NCBI RefSeq assembly: GCF_037042905.1
Contig: NC_087249.1
Span: 8,248,001-8,312,000 of the forward strand
DNA: 64,000 bases
Source of the DNA: Lytechinus pictus
Taxonomy: Eukaryota
Direction of reading: 5' to 3'
Both the position numbers and the translations under genes were made by a program. This document shows positions 12,194-25,947 of the stretch, piece after piece (the first letter of the stretch is position 1; each line of letters starts with the position of its first letter). The notes below the pieces were generated by a model, which was not told the origin of the DNA, did not search any database, and saw only the letters and a list, made by a program, of their open reading frames with translations.

Positions 12194-14735
12194 GAAAACA
12201 CCTTATAAGATTGTATTAGTCATACATATATTTTGTATATATTGCCAGCTACAAACAGATTCGTTGTTTCACACTTATCACTTTCCAACAATAACACTTA
12301 TGGAATTGTCAGCCCTAGTAAAAGACTGATTTGATGATTAATGGTGTCTTTGATGTAATAAGACTGGGAGTAAAAGAATTTCGAAGTGAACCAGGGAAAC
12401 TACAGTTATCCTTTACTGAATATACATGTAATTTTGGGATGAAGTTCTAACCAAGAGAATCTACATTGTGGACAGGTGTCCGTATTGCGCAAGTAACCAA
12501 TAGTTTTCATCATATTTATCGTATATAATCCTATTATCAAGGGTCAGATGATTTGCCTTTAATTTCTCCCTCATTTTATACCTATTTTGCAGCTGCTTTA
12601 AGGCTACATTGCGGATAGGACCCCTGATAAAATATGTTAATATTACCAAAATATTTCGGGAGGCAATCTCCTACGTTGCTCTTACATGCCAAACTGCAAA
12701 TTTTGCAGCTTTTTGCAAATAAATCCTTTTTTCGGATATCGCTAATTGAGCTATCATCTTGCTGTCACACAGTTATCTTTGTGACAGAGATGAACGAGGA
12801 TCTCCTCTTTTTTTTGGGGGGGAGGGAAGTACTAATTTTGTAGATTACAGCATTCTTGCACATCCCTGGTCATATATTCCTCAACCAAGATACTGCAATA
12901 TTGTTGCAATGTTATGGTATTTTGAGGCATATATGAACATGTTATGAAAAGTGTACTCTGCATCAGGACCATAATATTGCAGTATTGGCGTATAAATGGA
13001 TGGGAACATGGTGCAGTCGGTTAAACAGATAACAGTGAGCGTGTGAGGTGTTTGCCTGTGTGAGAGAGAAAGACAATCTTTTTTACTTTGTAACTATAAA
13101 AGAAATTGTTTTGACTTGATGACTATAAAAGAAACTTGGGAACTTACACATATCTGCCTATTGACTGGAAGGATGGTCCTGTGTAATCAAAATCATTTAT
13201 GAATAATAGTGGTAAACCAGTCCTTGTTTTAATCAATGAAGTTTATGAATACTATGGTACACGCACATTTTACTTGTCCAGATTTGGGGTTTTTAGAACT
13301 GGCAGATATGTGTGTAGGTCCTTGTAACATGAAAAGATGCAATCAATTTATAAAAATTTGTTCAATTTTTGATAATGGTACAACATTTTGGCTAAGGCTT
13401 TACAAATTAAAATCAGTTGTACAGCTGATTGCATCTTTTTTTGTGATAGGGACAATTCCCTATACCACTTCCGAACTGCATTCATCTGTGTTCATTAAGG
13501 AATTTATAGTGTGGAGGCATTCAAGTGTGATTTTTGGCTAATAGTGGCTAATTATAATGCCATCTCAAATAATGAAACATTCAGAAGGTAAATTCCAGAA
13601 TAACCTATGACCAAGCTGGACACAATGTAATCGAGAAGAAAGTCCACATGATTAGAAAATATATTTTGACTTGGATAAACCATTGTCAAAATGGGGAATA
13701 ACTTACATTGCACTGGCCATGGCCGTCAGCGCAGGAGATTCTCTTTTGTGTTTAGGGGGGACGCAACAATAGATGTCCCCCCTAGGAATAATCCTTTGCA
13801 CTTATATTTTAATAAGCCCCCCCCCCCCCCCCCGAAAAAAAAATGCGTGGTTAGCACATGATGTTGCTTTATTCTCAATGATGAGATGTTTTTCTTTTTT
13901 AAGGGGAAATGGAAAGGGAAAAAGCAGATAATGGCGGCAAAAAAAAATGATATAGCATATACTAAGCAGAATCAATATATTTATTAATTTTGAAAAAATA
14001 GACATTGTTCATTATTACCTTTCAAGGGAATCTGATCATATATAGTTGTCCTGGGTTTCTCACATCCCCTCCCCCCCCCCCATTACAAAAAATTAAAAGT
14101 CAGCCCCACTTTCAGAACTAATATTTTAACAATGTAGGCCTACTTGCAACTTGCAAGCCCCCCAAAAAGGATAATCAAAATTCTCTTTTTGGGCGGAGAC
14201 TCAAAGAACTCTATAGGAAAATGACTGTTGCCATTTTAAGTGAAAGTGGTGGAAATAGCTTTTCCCTTATTTTTTGCTTATTCACTTGGATAATATAAAT
14301 ATCAAGCCCACTGTGGGCCACTCATTAAATTAAGTCTGTTATGGCAGAAGCTTCCTGAATATTATTCATGAACAAATTTAGAAAACATCAATGTTTGCCA
14401 ATTTGAAGCATTTTCCCCATAATCATGCCAGAATTGCCTTATGGAACTACATTTTAAAAAAACTTTTTTTCAAAATGTCCAATGCCGAGTTTTGTTGATG
14501 TTAGAAATAAAAATACCTAGGGTCATCCTTTGTTAGACCCCCTGGATAAATCATTAGATTTAATTTAATTCTATCAAAACGGAGAATAAAATTGTGTGAA
14601 TAACAGTGATTTAAAAGGAAATGTGAAAATAATTCAATTGTCTGTTAGAAGAAATACTGCAATGCAAACATATCTCATCATGAAAATTATTGTGTAAACG
14701 GTAATTATCTAATGGGCTTATCCTGATAATAAGTG

Positions 14736-15009
14736 GGACCTCGTGGTATAGTTGTTATGACCCTTGTCTTTCGATCTTAGGGACGTGGGTTCGAGTCCTA
14801 GCCGTGGCATGTTTTCCTTCAGCACGAAATTTATCCACATTTTGTTGCACTCAACGCAGGTGTGGTGAATAGGTACCTGGTAGGAATTTCTTCCTTGAAA
14901 CAGCGTAACAGCTGCTCTGCCAGGGTAATTATGCTGCATTACAGCAGAGCGCTTTGAGACTTGGTGAAGAAAGTGTTAAGCGCTATATAAGCAAGTATTA
15001 TTATTATAT
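14736..15009 (+). mobile_element. tRNA-derived SINE, full length
   Basis: A-box-like gtggtatagttg, B-box ggttcgagtcc, (tat)n tail and a 9-bp TSD taataagtg at 14727 and 15010. Confidence 0.88.
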
Positions 15010-15350
15010 TAATAAGTGTGAACATGGAATTATAAATTAGGCCCATACAAGTCTGTTTAATGCTAAAAGATTAAAAAGCTAGTGTGAATGCATGGGTCTC
15101 TGATCGCATCTTTTAATAATCAAGAAAAGCTAGTGTGAACATGGGCAAATTTATTTGGATTTTTAAAGATATTTCGATTGAGTTTATTCTTTAGAGTGAA
15201 CCTCTGAATGGATATTTTATTTACTTCAAGGACATTAGGGTCACCATCTTCATCACATATGGATCGGGGTGAACGTGGCAAGCTTTGAAATTTCTTTTCA
15301 AAGACCTTAATGAATTATACTCCTGAAATGAAACAAGGGTTTTTTATATA

Positions 15351-16915
15351 CAGTGTGTCCCAGAAAAAAAAACGAAGCCAAGGATTATCAACGATTTATC
15401 CTATCTTGATCACAAATACAATAGATAAATGACCTATCATTGTAAAGCTTAGAGTCTCCTTTCATCTGCTACAACTTGAATGATTCCTCATACATGCATG
15501 GGTGTTGTGATATCTTTGGGGCAATAAATACCCCAAAGATATCACAGGTGAGTTAAACATTTTGAAGAAAGGATATAAAAACTTGTTTGACAGAGAGTAC
15601 AGTGTATCTTTAATTTATATATTTTTTAATCCTGTCTATAAAAACACTACAGTGATCCATATTTGCTCTTTAATATGATACATCAATCAAAGAAAATATG
15701 CAAGGAATAACAGAGTTCTGTTTCTTTGAATTTAATGCAATTTATGATAAAAGAAATATGAATTGCCTACTGTAGCTTTTGTTAACAGACTTTATGCATG
15801 GCTAATTGCTAACAAAAAGGAATGTTGAGTAAGCCTGCAAAGCATCTTAACCAGATGAAAGAGCATATACTCTGATCATTTGGGTAGTATGATAAAGCAT
15901 TGATAATTCTCAGTTTACTTCTTAGACTCTGTATTGTAATAATGATAATAATAATAGGCATTTATATTGCGGCATAATCTCTTCCGTGGTGCTTTGTTGT
16001 TATTATTATTACCCCGACTTTAGCTCGAGCTGCCTTTCAGCACTCAGTGCATTCAACGAATTAATCCTGCTGGGTACCCATTCACCTCGCCTGGGTTAAT
16101 TGCAGCACAATGTGGATAAATTTCTTGCTGAAGGAAATTAGGCCATGGCTGGGATTCGAACCCACGACCCTCTGTTTCAAAGTCAGAAGACTTATCCACT
16201 GGGCCACACAACACTCCATATTTACAGATAATGGTCATCTCATTTTTCATAACAAAGCACCATCTGACGACCCTGTCATAAAGGCCTCACACCACTGGGT
16301 TACATTTCTATAGAGAAGCCACACAGGTCAGCTTAATTATTATCAACAAAATTGATGAATATGGTCCACAATTTTCAATTGAAAACAACCTATTGTCTGT
16401 ACCTCTAATTTATTCATTGAACTTAATCAATTTCGAGACTCGTGTGAAAGTCCCAATTTCGCTAATGGCTTGGATGAGAGTGGTGAGGTGATAAGTCATA
16501 CATTTTTTTTTTGAAATAGTCTGGAATACAATGGATAGATGAATGGCATAATAGATTTTTGTGTATCCCTATCACATTTAAAAAAATATATATTTTATGC
16601 AGTAGGCAAGTAATATTTCAGATTAGCATTTTGAAAATTAAGAGTCCAATACACCAACCGGTTGATACCTTGTTACTGTCAACAGAAAAGAAACAGTCAA
16701 ATGCAAGACACAAAACAGATTCCTCTTTATTAAACTGGATTAACTTTCTAACACAAAGTTTCTTAGCAAAATGATTAGGAATAAGTGCTTCTTCACTATT
16801 AAACAAGTCCTTTGTGAAATGAAATGGAGAGAGGTGTGGGCGTGTCCCCGGCCACTCCCTTCGAATTACGTCCAGCAGCATACCTCGGTTTCTTTTTTTT
16901 TCCTGAGACGCAGTC
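15351..16915. mobile_element. Tc1/mariner-type non-autonomous element with a nested SINE
   Basis: TA-cagtgtgtcccagaaaaaaaaacgaagcc ... ggtttctttttttttcctgagacgcagtc-TA; CAGTG terminus and TA flanks. Confidence 0.65.
15937..16217 (-). mobile_element. tRNA-derived SINE, same family
   Basis: Minus strand: tggcccagtgg (A box), ggttcgaatccc (B box), body ccttcagcaagaaatttatccaca...gggtacc, (tta)n tail. Confidence 0.88.
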
Positions 16916-19120
16916 TACACTTACTAGTAATCACCCAAAAAAAATGTTGAACTTGTGATATTCAAGGACATGAATGATAGGAGTGAGCACAAATGAATAA
17001 TTAAAGCGTGGAGAATGGACCTGGTACTGTTGTGCACCCGGAGATTCAACGACGCGTTAAGGCGGCGTTGGTGACGCTTTTGGCCATCTGACGCATCACG
17101 AAGAGTATCGTACTAATGTCGTAAGCGGGCGGTCAAGTTCTTTTGTGACTTACCTCGTCGAAAAATGTATTTCCTTCTCTGTCTGTAAATTGGGGCAAGG
17201 GGAAGAGCCCCCCCCCCCCCCCCTTCGGACGAGCTTGGGAAATCAGTTGGCATGGAATTAAGCTTAAAAATCAAATCGAGTGACGCAAGAAATGTGGGTC
17301 CGTTCCAATAAACAAATTTAAATTTGCCATTACCGTAATAACAATAATGGGAACAAAGCCCAATCAGCGATTAAAACCTGATTTCCATGGTACAAGTATT
17401 TACCACAGTGACAACGTTTTTTGTAATTTCTTCATGACATGATCCTGAATCACATTGTGCACAAAGAGATTCTATTGGCGCAAGGCTCCGTCAGTGACGT
17501 TTTGACCATCTGGCGCACATCGTGAGAGAGAGCGTCCAAATTTAAGCCGAGGAAACACTTTCCATTTCTCTGCAGGCCAGGATTGGACAAGTCAACCCCT
17601 CCTCCCCCGACGGACGTAGGGGCGTCACCTAAAAAAACGAGTGAAAGAAAAGGAAAAGGTCACGTGCCAGATCAGGTTGCTTGGCGCAACAGTAATGTTA
17701 CTATCATTGTGCGCAACAGAACTCCTTTATGAGGTTGCCCCTATTTTCGTTTTGATATTGATTCCAGTACATAAACTATAAACAGTCTTCTGATGAGCGA
17801 TGTTGACAGTTGTGAATTAAATCTGAAATGAAATTTGCATATACATCCGCTATTCATTTATTAAAAAAAAGAAAAAAATATGTTAATATGGCGCTGAACT
17901 TTGGATTGATGACATGCTTAAGTTTGTGCGATACTTGGGCCTTGGACATTGAAATTTGTTGCGAGAATAATTATGAAGAAAAAAGAAAACAACGAATCTA
18001 CCTAGATCAGTAGGCCTGTATACCGATCGCGGACCGATCGACATTATTTTGTTCCAGCGGGGGGGGGGGGGGTATGGGTCCGTTTCCATATGGCATGTGC
18101 TGCGGTACGAAACACGAAATTCAAGGTTGGGACATACAAAATTAAAATTTATGTTAACTGTATATATTTTGTGTGTCAATTGTTTTTGCCAACGATAATC
18201 TTTTTACGGGGCTTGTCAGAACCAACTTTTTTTTTGTTTGATGATAGAGAAATTCTTGAATGAAACATGTTAATTTACAATAAATTGCACATGTTCAAGG
18301 AGGATGTCTGACATTGTCGATGGGAAAACTTTTAACTTCTTGAGTGAAACTTAATTAACTTATATATTTTACTTAACTTCCGACTTCGATTAGATTTTCA
18401 GTGTCATGTGCCTATTTGAATATTTTACTCAAGTCACCATGTTTCTGGGCTTGACTTGTTGAAGCCTCATAATTCCCGTTCATCTTTAAATGGAAGTTTA
18501 TTGCAAATATATTCCGTGTTTAAACAGCAACTCCGCTTTGACTTTTATTCAACGCATACACTTAAAGGGAAATTGTATCTATTTTTGTTACTCTCATACC
18601 GTAATTAACCATTTCAAGTCTAATCATGATTGGGTTTTTTCCGTTTCGGAGAAATTTCTTTCATCATGCACAATTTTGTTTGTAAAGCAACCGTTCCTTT
18701 TTTGTGAGTATTGTTTTCGGGAATAGCACTATTTGTTATATTGTGTCAAATTCAATTATTATTTTTCAAACAACCCATTCAATATCGGGACCTCGTCCCC
18801 TTCTGCGGACCAAAATAGGTCTTAGGTGCTTGGTTATTGAAAGTTTTGTTGGTACATAAGCATTTCTATTGCAACGGTGTTCTGTTTTTATACCACAATA
18901 TATCCTGGCTAAATTAGGAATCCTTCCTGTGGTTGTTTCTATCTTTTACCCAATTTTAAGTTGCTTGGAATTAATAGAAAATTAACAAACTGCATATTAT
19001 GAAAGTCTTACACAGCAACAACGAGACACAAATTTATATTCAGAAATAAATAACTCTATTTTGTGGTACATCCATTGGTGTTCACACTGCTCAACGAATA
19101 ATTTTGATTGAAATTTCGAT

Positions 19121-19360
19121 ACACTCTAAAAATATTGGCTAAAATGCTCCATGAGAGTAATTATATGTCCAACCAACATTGGGCATTTCTTTGGGGCATT
19201 TTCGTTTATCCAGTGTGATGAAAATTTAGCCCATTCTGAAGTAATTGCTGCTTATTTTTTTAACCTTACTGGACAATATGCTTCCCGCATTGGGTAAAAT
19301 ACTGCCCCAAATTGGTTGGACACATAATTACCATCGTGCTGGTTAGAATTTTACCCAATA
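19121..19360. mobile_element. Short palindromic MITE fragment (duplicated at about 23442-23681)
   Basis: Inverted arms gtaattatatgtccaaccaa / ttggttggacacataattac and tattggctaaaat / attttacccaata. Confidence 0.55.
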
Positions 19361-19930
19361 TCCGCTTCAGTAATTGGTAATATAAAACATGATGATTTGA
19401 ATCGTCAACATGTCAATTCATTGTTGATATGCACTGTGTACTGTGATGCACTGGAAAACTTCTTTACTGTCACTTCTATTAAAACGTCATTTTTGTTACA
19501 TTTATGATAATAATATTGGCCTGTATAGCCGCGTTTTTACACATAGACTCTGGAGTTATTGATAGCTCCCGGCCTGTATAGACCTTCCTGATTTATTTTA
19601 CAATTACGCAAGCATTGCGAGTGTAAACCATGGATGTAGATATCTCCATGTGTAAACTGATCGTTTACATCTAATCACATGATTTCCCTTCACAAATTCC
19701 GCACGGTCTCCGTCCGGATTGGGATTTTTTTTTTAGTAGAGTGGAGTCCTACAAGTTAACAAAATTGTGAGATCGTAGCTAATCCATAGGTGTGTCGTAC
19801 GACCGCATAGCAGTGACTGCTCGGGAGTCGCACGGTTTCACTGCGACCCCATACGATCTCTACCGGATCTCTATACATCCTCTTTGCCTCCTCTGCAAAG
19901 TCAAAATGGCACAGTGACCATGGAAAATAT

Positions 19931-20484
19931 CCCGGGGGCCGGGGGGGGGGGCCACTTACATTGACGAGTGGATACCATGCGCGACCAAAAAAACGCGTAA
20001 AAGGATGTCTTTTTTAAGATAGGGCACGTTACGTACGTAACGTAATAAGGGTGTCAAAACACTAAAATAAAAATGAAAAAAGGGTATCTATTTCGGTAGG
20101 AAAGCTACGTGTTTAGGGTCAAATTTGCGAGGGTATAAAAAAATCAAGACTAAAATGTTTTATGAAGGATGTACTTTTTGCCCCAGGAGTCAACACTACG
20201 TGTTTAGAGTACGATTTGCGCGAGTTGGGCTGTACTAAACCCAATGATGTAGGTAAAGGTAAAACCGACGTCCGTGACGAAATATCGCTGTACTTGTTTA
20301 GGGGTTCAATTCAGGGAATAATTGACAATAGTATCGTTTTGTTTCCAATACTTGTTAAGGGTTGGGTTTCACACGCCAATACTTGTTAAGGGGTGCATTT
20401 TCAGAATGTGGAAAATACGTGTTTAGATCTCATGGTCGCGCATGGTATCCACTCGTGAATGGAAGTGCCCCCCCCCCCCCCGGG
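19931..20484. mobile_element. MITE with poly-G/poly-C termini (second copy at about 24252-24802)
   Basis: cccgg(g)n ccacttacattgacgagtggataccatgcgcgacc / ggtcgcgcatggtatccactcgtgaatggaagtg(c)n ggg. Confidence 0.8.
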
Positions 20485-21113
20485 GGGGGGGGAATATACA
20501 CTGTCGGCCCCTTTATCGTAGAATGTGATGACGCCTCGTCTCTTATTTGCAAAGTCACCATATTTGACAAATGTAAAAAATAAATAAAATAAAAAATGGT
20601 CTACTCTCTCTATATATTACATCTTACTTTGATCTGTTGATGCAATGATAAATGTTGTGCTTAATTGTATAATGTTAAGTAACTTGATTTGCTAATATAA
20701 TTGTACATAATTATTTTTGTGTCTTTTCGTACCTCCCCCTGAATGTAACTCATTATATTCGAGTGTATTATATCTTGTATATTAGACAGCATTGATTAAT
20801 TCGATTAATATTCAAAAGCGTTGAGTATTTGAAATTTACATTGAAGATATTGAAATAATGCGTGTATATACTGTATAAAGTATTTATATTGAGATATTTT
20901 TGTATTAAAATGGATTGAAACCATGCTGATGAGTTTATGATTCGTTTATTGTAAATCTATCCCCCCCCCCCCCTGTACCCACGAGATAACGAAGTTGGGA
21001 TATAGGTTTACCCTGCATTTTTATTCTGTTAAAGAGGGTCAATATCATATTGCGCTGAAAGGCTTTTTAATAATAATTCTTAAAAAAAATATAAGAGTCA
21101 TGGTTGCTTCTTT

Positions 21114-21190
21114 TCTTCTTCTTCTCCTTCTTCTCCTTCTTCTTCTTCTTCTTCTTCTTCTTCTTCTCCTTCTTCTTTTATTCTTCTTTC
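21114..21190. repeat. (CTT)n microsatellite (copy at about 25434-25509)
   Basis: Visible ctt/ctc triplet run. Confidence 0.95.
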
Positions 21191-21627
21191 ATCTACCCCC
21201 TCTACGATTTTATTGTATCGATTATCGCAAGTTCATTCATTTCATAAACTGATTTACTTTTTTCTTCAATAATGTTACGTATTATTTTGTGATCAGACAC
21301 CGCCTCACCATGCACCTATGGGTCCATGCTTTCCACCAACTTTTAGGTCAATGCTCGCATCCCAATTTTGAGTCCACTGAGACAATATTTGTTTAATAGC
21401 GCCACCTCTCACTATAGCAGCAGGAGTAATTTTGTCCAAGACGTCTGAAAAATGACTGATTTGCAACCCCTTTTTGTAAGACATGAATGGACGAAGATTT
21501 GAAATCCAAGCTGTAAAATAACAATGTTAATTTAAGGGCACCGCCATATCGTTTAGAATTCCGTGTGTCGCTGGCTGCAGCATTGGGACAACCATGCGGT
21601 CTGCCTTCTGAATGCTCTCGAGTTCAG

Positions 21628-24600
21628 ATTTAAATTTGCCATTACCGTAATAACAATAATGGGAACAAAGCCCAATCAGCGATTAAAACCTGATTTCCAT
21701 GGTACAAGTATTTACCACAGTGACAACGTTTTTTGTAATTTCTTCATGACATGATCCTGAATCACATTGTGCACAAAGAGATTCTATTGGCGCAAGGCTC
21801 CGTCAGTGACGTTTTGACCATCTGGCGCACATCGTGAGAGAGAGCGTCCAAATTTAAGCCGAGGAAACACTTTCCATTTCTCTGCAGGCCAGGATTGGAC
21901 AAGTCAACCCCTCCTCCCCCGACGGACGTAGGGGCGTCACCTAAAAAAACGAGTGAAAGAAAAGGAAAAGGTCACGTGCCAGATCAGGTTGCTTGGCGCA
22001 ACAGTAATGTTACTATCATTGTGCGCAACAGAACTCCTTTATGAGGTTGCCCCTATTTTCGTTTTGATATTGATTCCAGTACATAAACTATAAACAGTCT
22101 TCTGATGAGCGATGTTGACAGTTGTGAATTAAATCTGAAATGAAATTTGCATATACATCCGCTATTCATTTATTAAAAAAAATAAAAAAATATGTTAATA
22201 TGGCGCTGAACTTTGGATTGATGACATGCTTAAGTTTGTGCGATACTTGGGCCTTGGACATTGAAATTTGTTGCGAGAATAATTATGAAGAAAAAAGAAA
22301 ACAACGAATCTACCTAGATCAGTAGGCCTGTATACCGATCGCGGACCGATCGACATTATTTTGTTCCAGCGGGGGGGGGGGGGGGGGGGGGGGTATGGGT
22401 CCGTTTCCATATGGCATGTGCTGCGGTACGAAACACGAAATTCAAGGTTGGGACATACAAAATTAAAATTTATGTTAACTGTATATATTTTGTGTGTCAA
22501 TTGTTTTTGCCAACGATAATCTTTTTACGGGGCTTGTCAGAACCAACTTTTTTTTTGTTTGATGATAGAGAAATTCTTGAATGAAACATGTTAATTTACA
22601 ATAAATTGCACATGTTCAAGGAGGATGTCTGACATTGTCGATGGGAAAACTTTTAACTTCTTGAGTGAAACTTAATTAACTTATATATTTTACTTAACTT
22701 CCGACTTCGATTAGATTTTCAGTGTCATGTGCCTATTTGAATATTTTACTCAAGTCACCATGTTTCTGGGCTTGACTTGTTGAAGCCTCATAATTCCCGT
22801 TCATCTTTAAATGGAAGTTTATTGCAAATATATTCCGTGTTTAAACAGCAACTCCGCTTTGACTTTTATTCAACGCATACACTTAAAGGGAAATTGTATC
22901 TATTTTTGTTACTCTCATACCGTAATTAACCATTTCAAGTCTAATCATGATTGGGTTTTTTCCGTTTCGGAGAAATTTCTTTCATCATGCACAATTTTGT
23001 TTGTAAAGCAACCGTTCCTTTTTTGTGAGTATTGTTTTCGGGAATAGCACTATTTGTTATATTGTGTCAAATTCAATTATTATTTTTCAAACAACCCATT
23101 CAATATCGGGACCTCGTCCCCTTCTGCGGACCAAAATAGGTCTTAGGTGCTTGGTTATTGAAAGTTTTGTTGGTACATAAGCATTTCTATTGCAACGGTG
23201 TTCTGTTTTTATACCACAATATATCCTGGCTAAATTAGGAATCCTTCCTGTGGTTGTTTCTATCTTTTACCCAATTTTAAGTTGCTTGGAATTAATAGAA
23301 AATTAACAAACTGCATATTATGAAAGTCTTACACAGCAACAACGAGACACAAATTTATATTCAGAAATAAATAACTCTATTTTGTGGTACATCCATTGGT
23401 GTTCACACTGCTCAACGAATAATTTTGATTGAAATTTCGATACACTCTAAAAATATTGGCTAAAATGCTCCATGAGAGTAATTATATGTCCAACCAACAT
23501 TGGGCATTTCTTTGGGGCATTTTCGTTTATCCAGTGTGATGAAAATTTAGCCCATTCTGAAGTAATTGCTGCTTATTTTTTTAACCTTACTGGACAATAT
23601 GCTTCCCGCATTGGGTAAAATACTGCCCCAAATTGGTTGGACACATAATTACCATCGTGCTGGTTAGAATTTTACCAAATATCCGCTTCAGTAATTGGTA
23701 ATATAAAACATGATGATTTGAATCGTCAACATGTCAATTCATTGTTGATATGCACTGTGTACTGTGATGCACTGGAAAACTTCTTTACTGTCACTTCTAT
23801 TAAAACGTCATTTTTGTTACATTTATGATAATAATATTGGCCTGTATAGCCGCGTTTTTACACATAGACTCTGGAGTTATTGATAGCTCCCGGCCTGTAT
23901 AGACCTTCCTGATTTATTTTACAATTACGCAAGCATTGCGAGTGTAAACCATGGATGTAGATATCTCCATGTGTAAACTGATCGTTTACATCTAATCACA
24001 TGATTTCCCTTCACAAATTCCGCACGGTCTCCGTCCGGATTGGGATTTTTTTTTTAGTAGAGTGGAGTCCTACAAGTTAACAAAATTGTGAGATCGTAGC
24101 TAATCCATAGGTGTGTCGTACGACCGCATAGCAGTGACTGCTCGGGAGTCGCACGGTTTCACTGCGACCCCATACGATCTCTACCGGATCTCTATACATC
24201 CTCTTTGCCTCCTCTGCAAAGTCAAAATGGCACAGTGACCATGGAAAATATCCCGGGGGCCGGGGGGGGGCCACTTACATTGACGAGTGGATACCATGCG
24301 CGACCAAAAAAACGCGTAAAAGGATGTCTTTTTTAAGATAGGGCACGTTACGTACGTAACGTAATAAGGGTGTCAAAACACTAAAATAAAAATGAAAAAA
24401 GGGTATCTATTTCGGTAGGAAAGCTACGTGTTTAGGGTCAAATTTGCGAGGGTATAAAAAAATCAAGACTAAAATGTTTTATGAAGGATGTACTTTTTGC
24501 CCCAGGAGTCAACACTACGTGTTTAGAGTACGATTTGCGCGAGTTGGGCTGTACTAAACCCAATGATGTAGGTAAAGGTAAAACCGACGTCCGTGACGAA

Positions 24601-25947
24601 ATATCGCTGTACTTGTTTAGGGGTTCAATTCAGGGAATAATTGACAATAGTATCGTTTTGTTTCCAATACTTGTTAAGGGTTGGGTTTCACACGCCAATA
24701 CTTGTTAAGGGGTGCATTTTCAGAATGTGGAAAATACGTGTTTAGATCTCATGGTCGCGCATGGTATCCACTCGTGAATGGAAGTGCCCCCCCCCCCCCG
24801 GGGGGGGGGGAATATACACTGTCGGCCCCTTTATCGTAGAATGTGATGACGCCTCGTCTCTTATTTGCAAAGTCACCATATTTGACAAATGTAAAAAATA
24901 AATAAAATAAAAAATGGTCTACTCTCTCTATATATTACATCTTACTTTGATCTGTTGATGCAATGATAAATGTTGTGCTTAATTGTATAATGTTAAGTAA
25001 CTTGATTTGCTAATATAATTGTACATAATTATTTTTGTGTCTTTTCGTACCTCCCCCTGAATGTAACTCATTATATTCGAGTGTATTATATCTTGTATAT
25101 TAGACAGCATTGATTAATTCGATTAATATTCAAAAGCGTTGAGTATTTGAAATTTACATTGAAGATATTGAAATAATGCGTGTATATACTGTATAAAGTA
25201 TTTATATTGAGATATTTTTGTATTAAAATGGATTGAAACCATGCTGATGAGTTTATGATTCGTTTATTGTAAATCTATCCCCCCCCCCCCCCTGTACCCA
25301 CGAGATAACGAAGTTGGGATATAGGTTTACCCTGCATTTTTATTCTGTTAAAGAGGGTCAATATCATATTGCGCTGAAAGGCTTTTTAATAATAATTCTT
25401 TAAAAAAATATAAGAGTCATGGTTGCTTCTTTTCTTCTTCTTCTCCTTCTTCTCCTTCTTCTTCTTCTTCTTCTTCTTCTTCTTCTCCTTCTTCTTTTAT
25501 TCTTCTTTCATCTACCCCCTCTACGATTTTATTGTATCGATTATCGCAAGTTCATTCATTTCATAAACTGATTTACTTTTTTCTTCAATAATGTTACGTA
25601 TTATTTTGTGATCAGACACCGCCTCACCATGCACCTATGGGTCCATGCTTTCCACCAACTTTTAGGTCAATGCTCGCATCCCAATTTTGAGTCCACTGAG
25701 ACAATATTTGTTTAATAGCGCCACCTCTCACTATAGCAGCAGGAGTAATTTTGTCCAAGACGTCTGAAAATGACTGATTTGCAACCCCTTTTTGTAAGAC
25801 ATGAATGGACGAAGATTTGAAATCCAAGCTGTAAAATAACAATGTTAATTTAAGGGCACCGCCATATCGTTTAGAATTCCGTGTGTCGCTGGCTGCAGCA
25901 TTGGGACAACCATGCGGTCTGCCTTCTGAATGCTCTCGAGTTCAGAT
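21628..25947 (+). repeat. Tandem segmental duplication, copy 2
   Basis: Near-identical to copy 1; ends at gagttcagat (25947); 2-bp AT microhomology at the junction. Confidence 0.97.

Larger units (their letters stand above)
17316..21627 (+). repeat. Tandem segmental duplication, copy 1 (4312 bp)
   Basis: atttaaatttgccattaccg starts at both 17316 and 21628; the ORF track repeats identical peptides at an offset of about 4.31 kb. Confidence 0.97.

Noticed and set aside
9667..14590. AATAAA candidates for the RPRD2 poly(A) site (9667, 10894, about 14505, about 14585)
   Set aside because: Several equally plausible hexamers in AT-rich DNA, one inside a MITE; cannot be assigned from sequence alone.
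20995..21252. Poly-Leu membrane-like ORF
   Set aside because: Translation of a (CTT)n microsatellite; the frame is broken in the duplicate.
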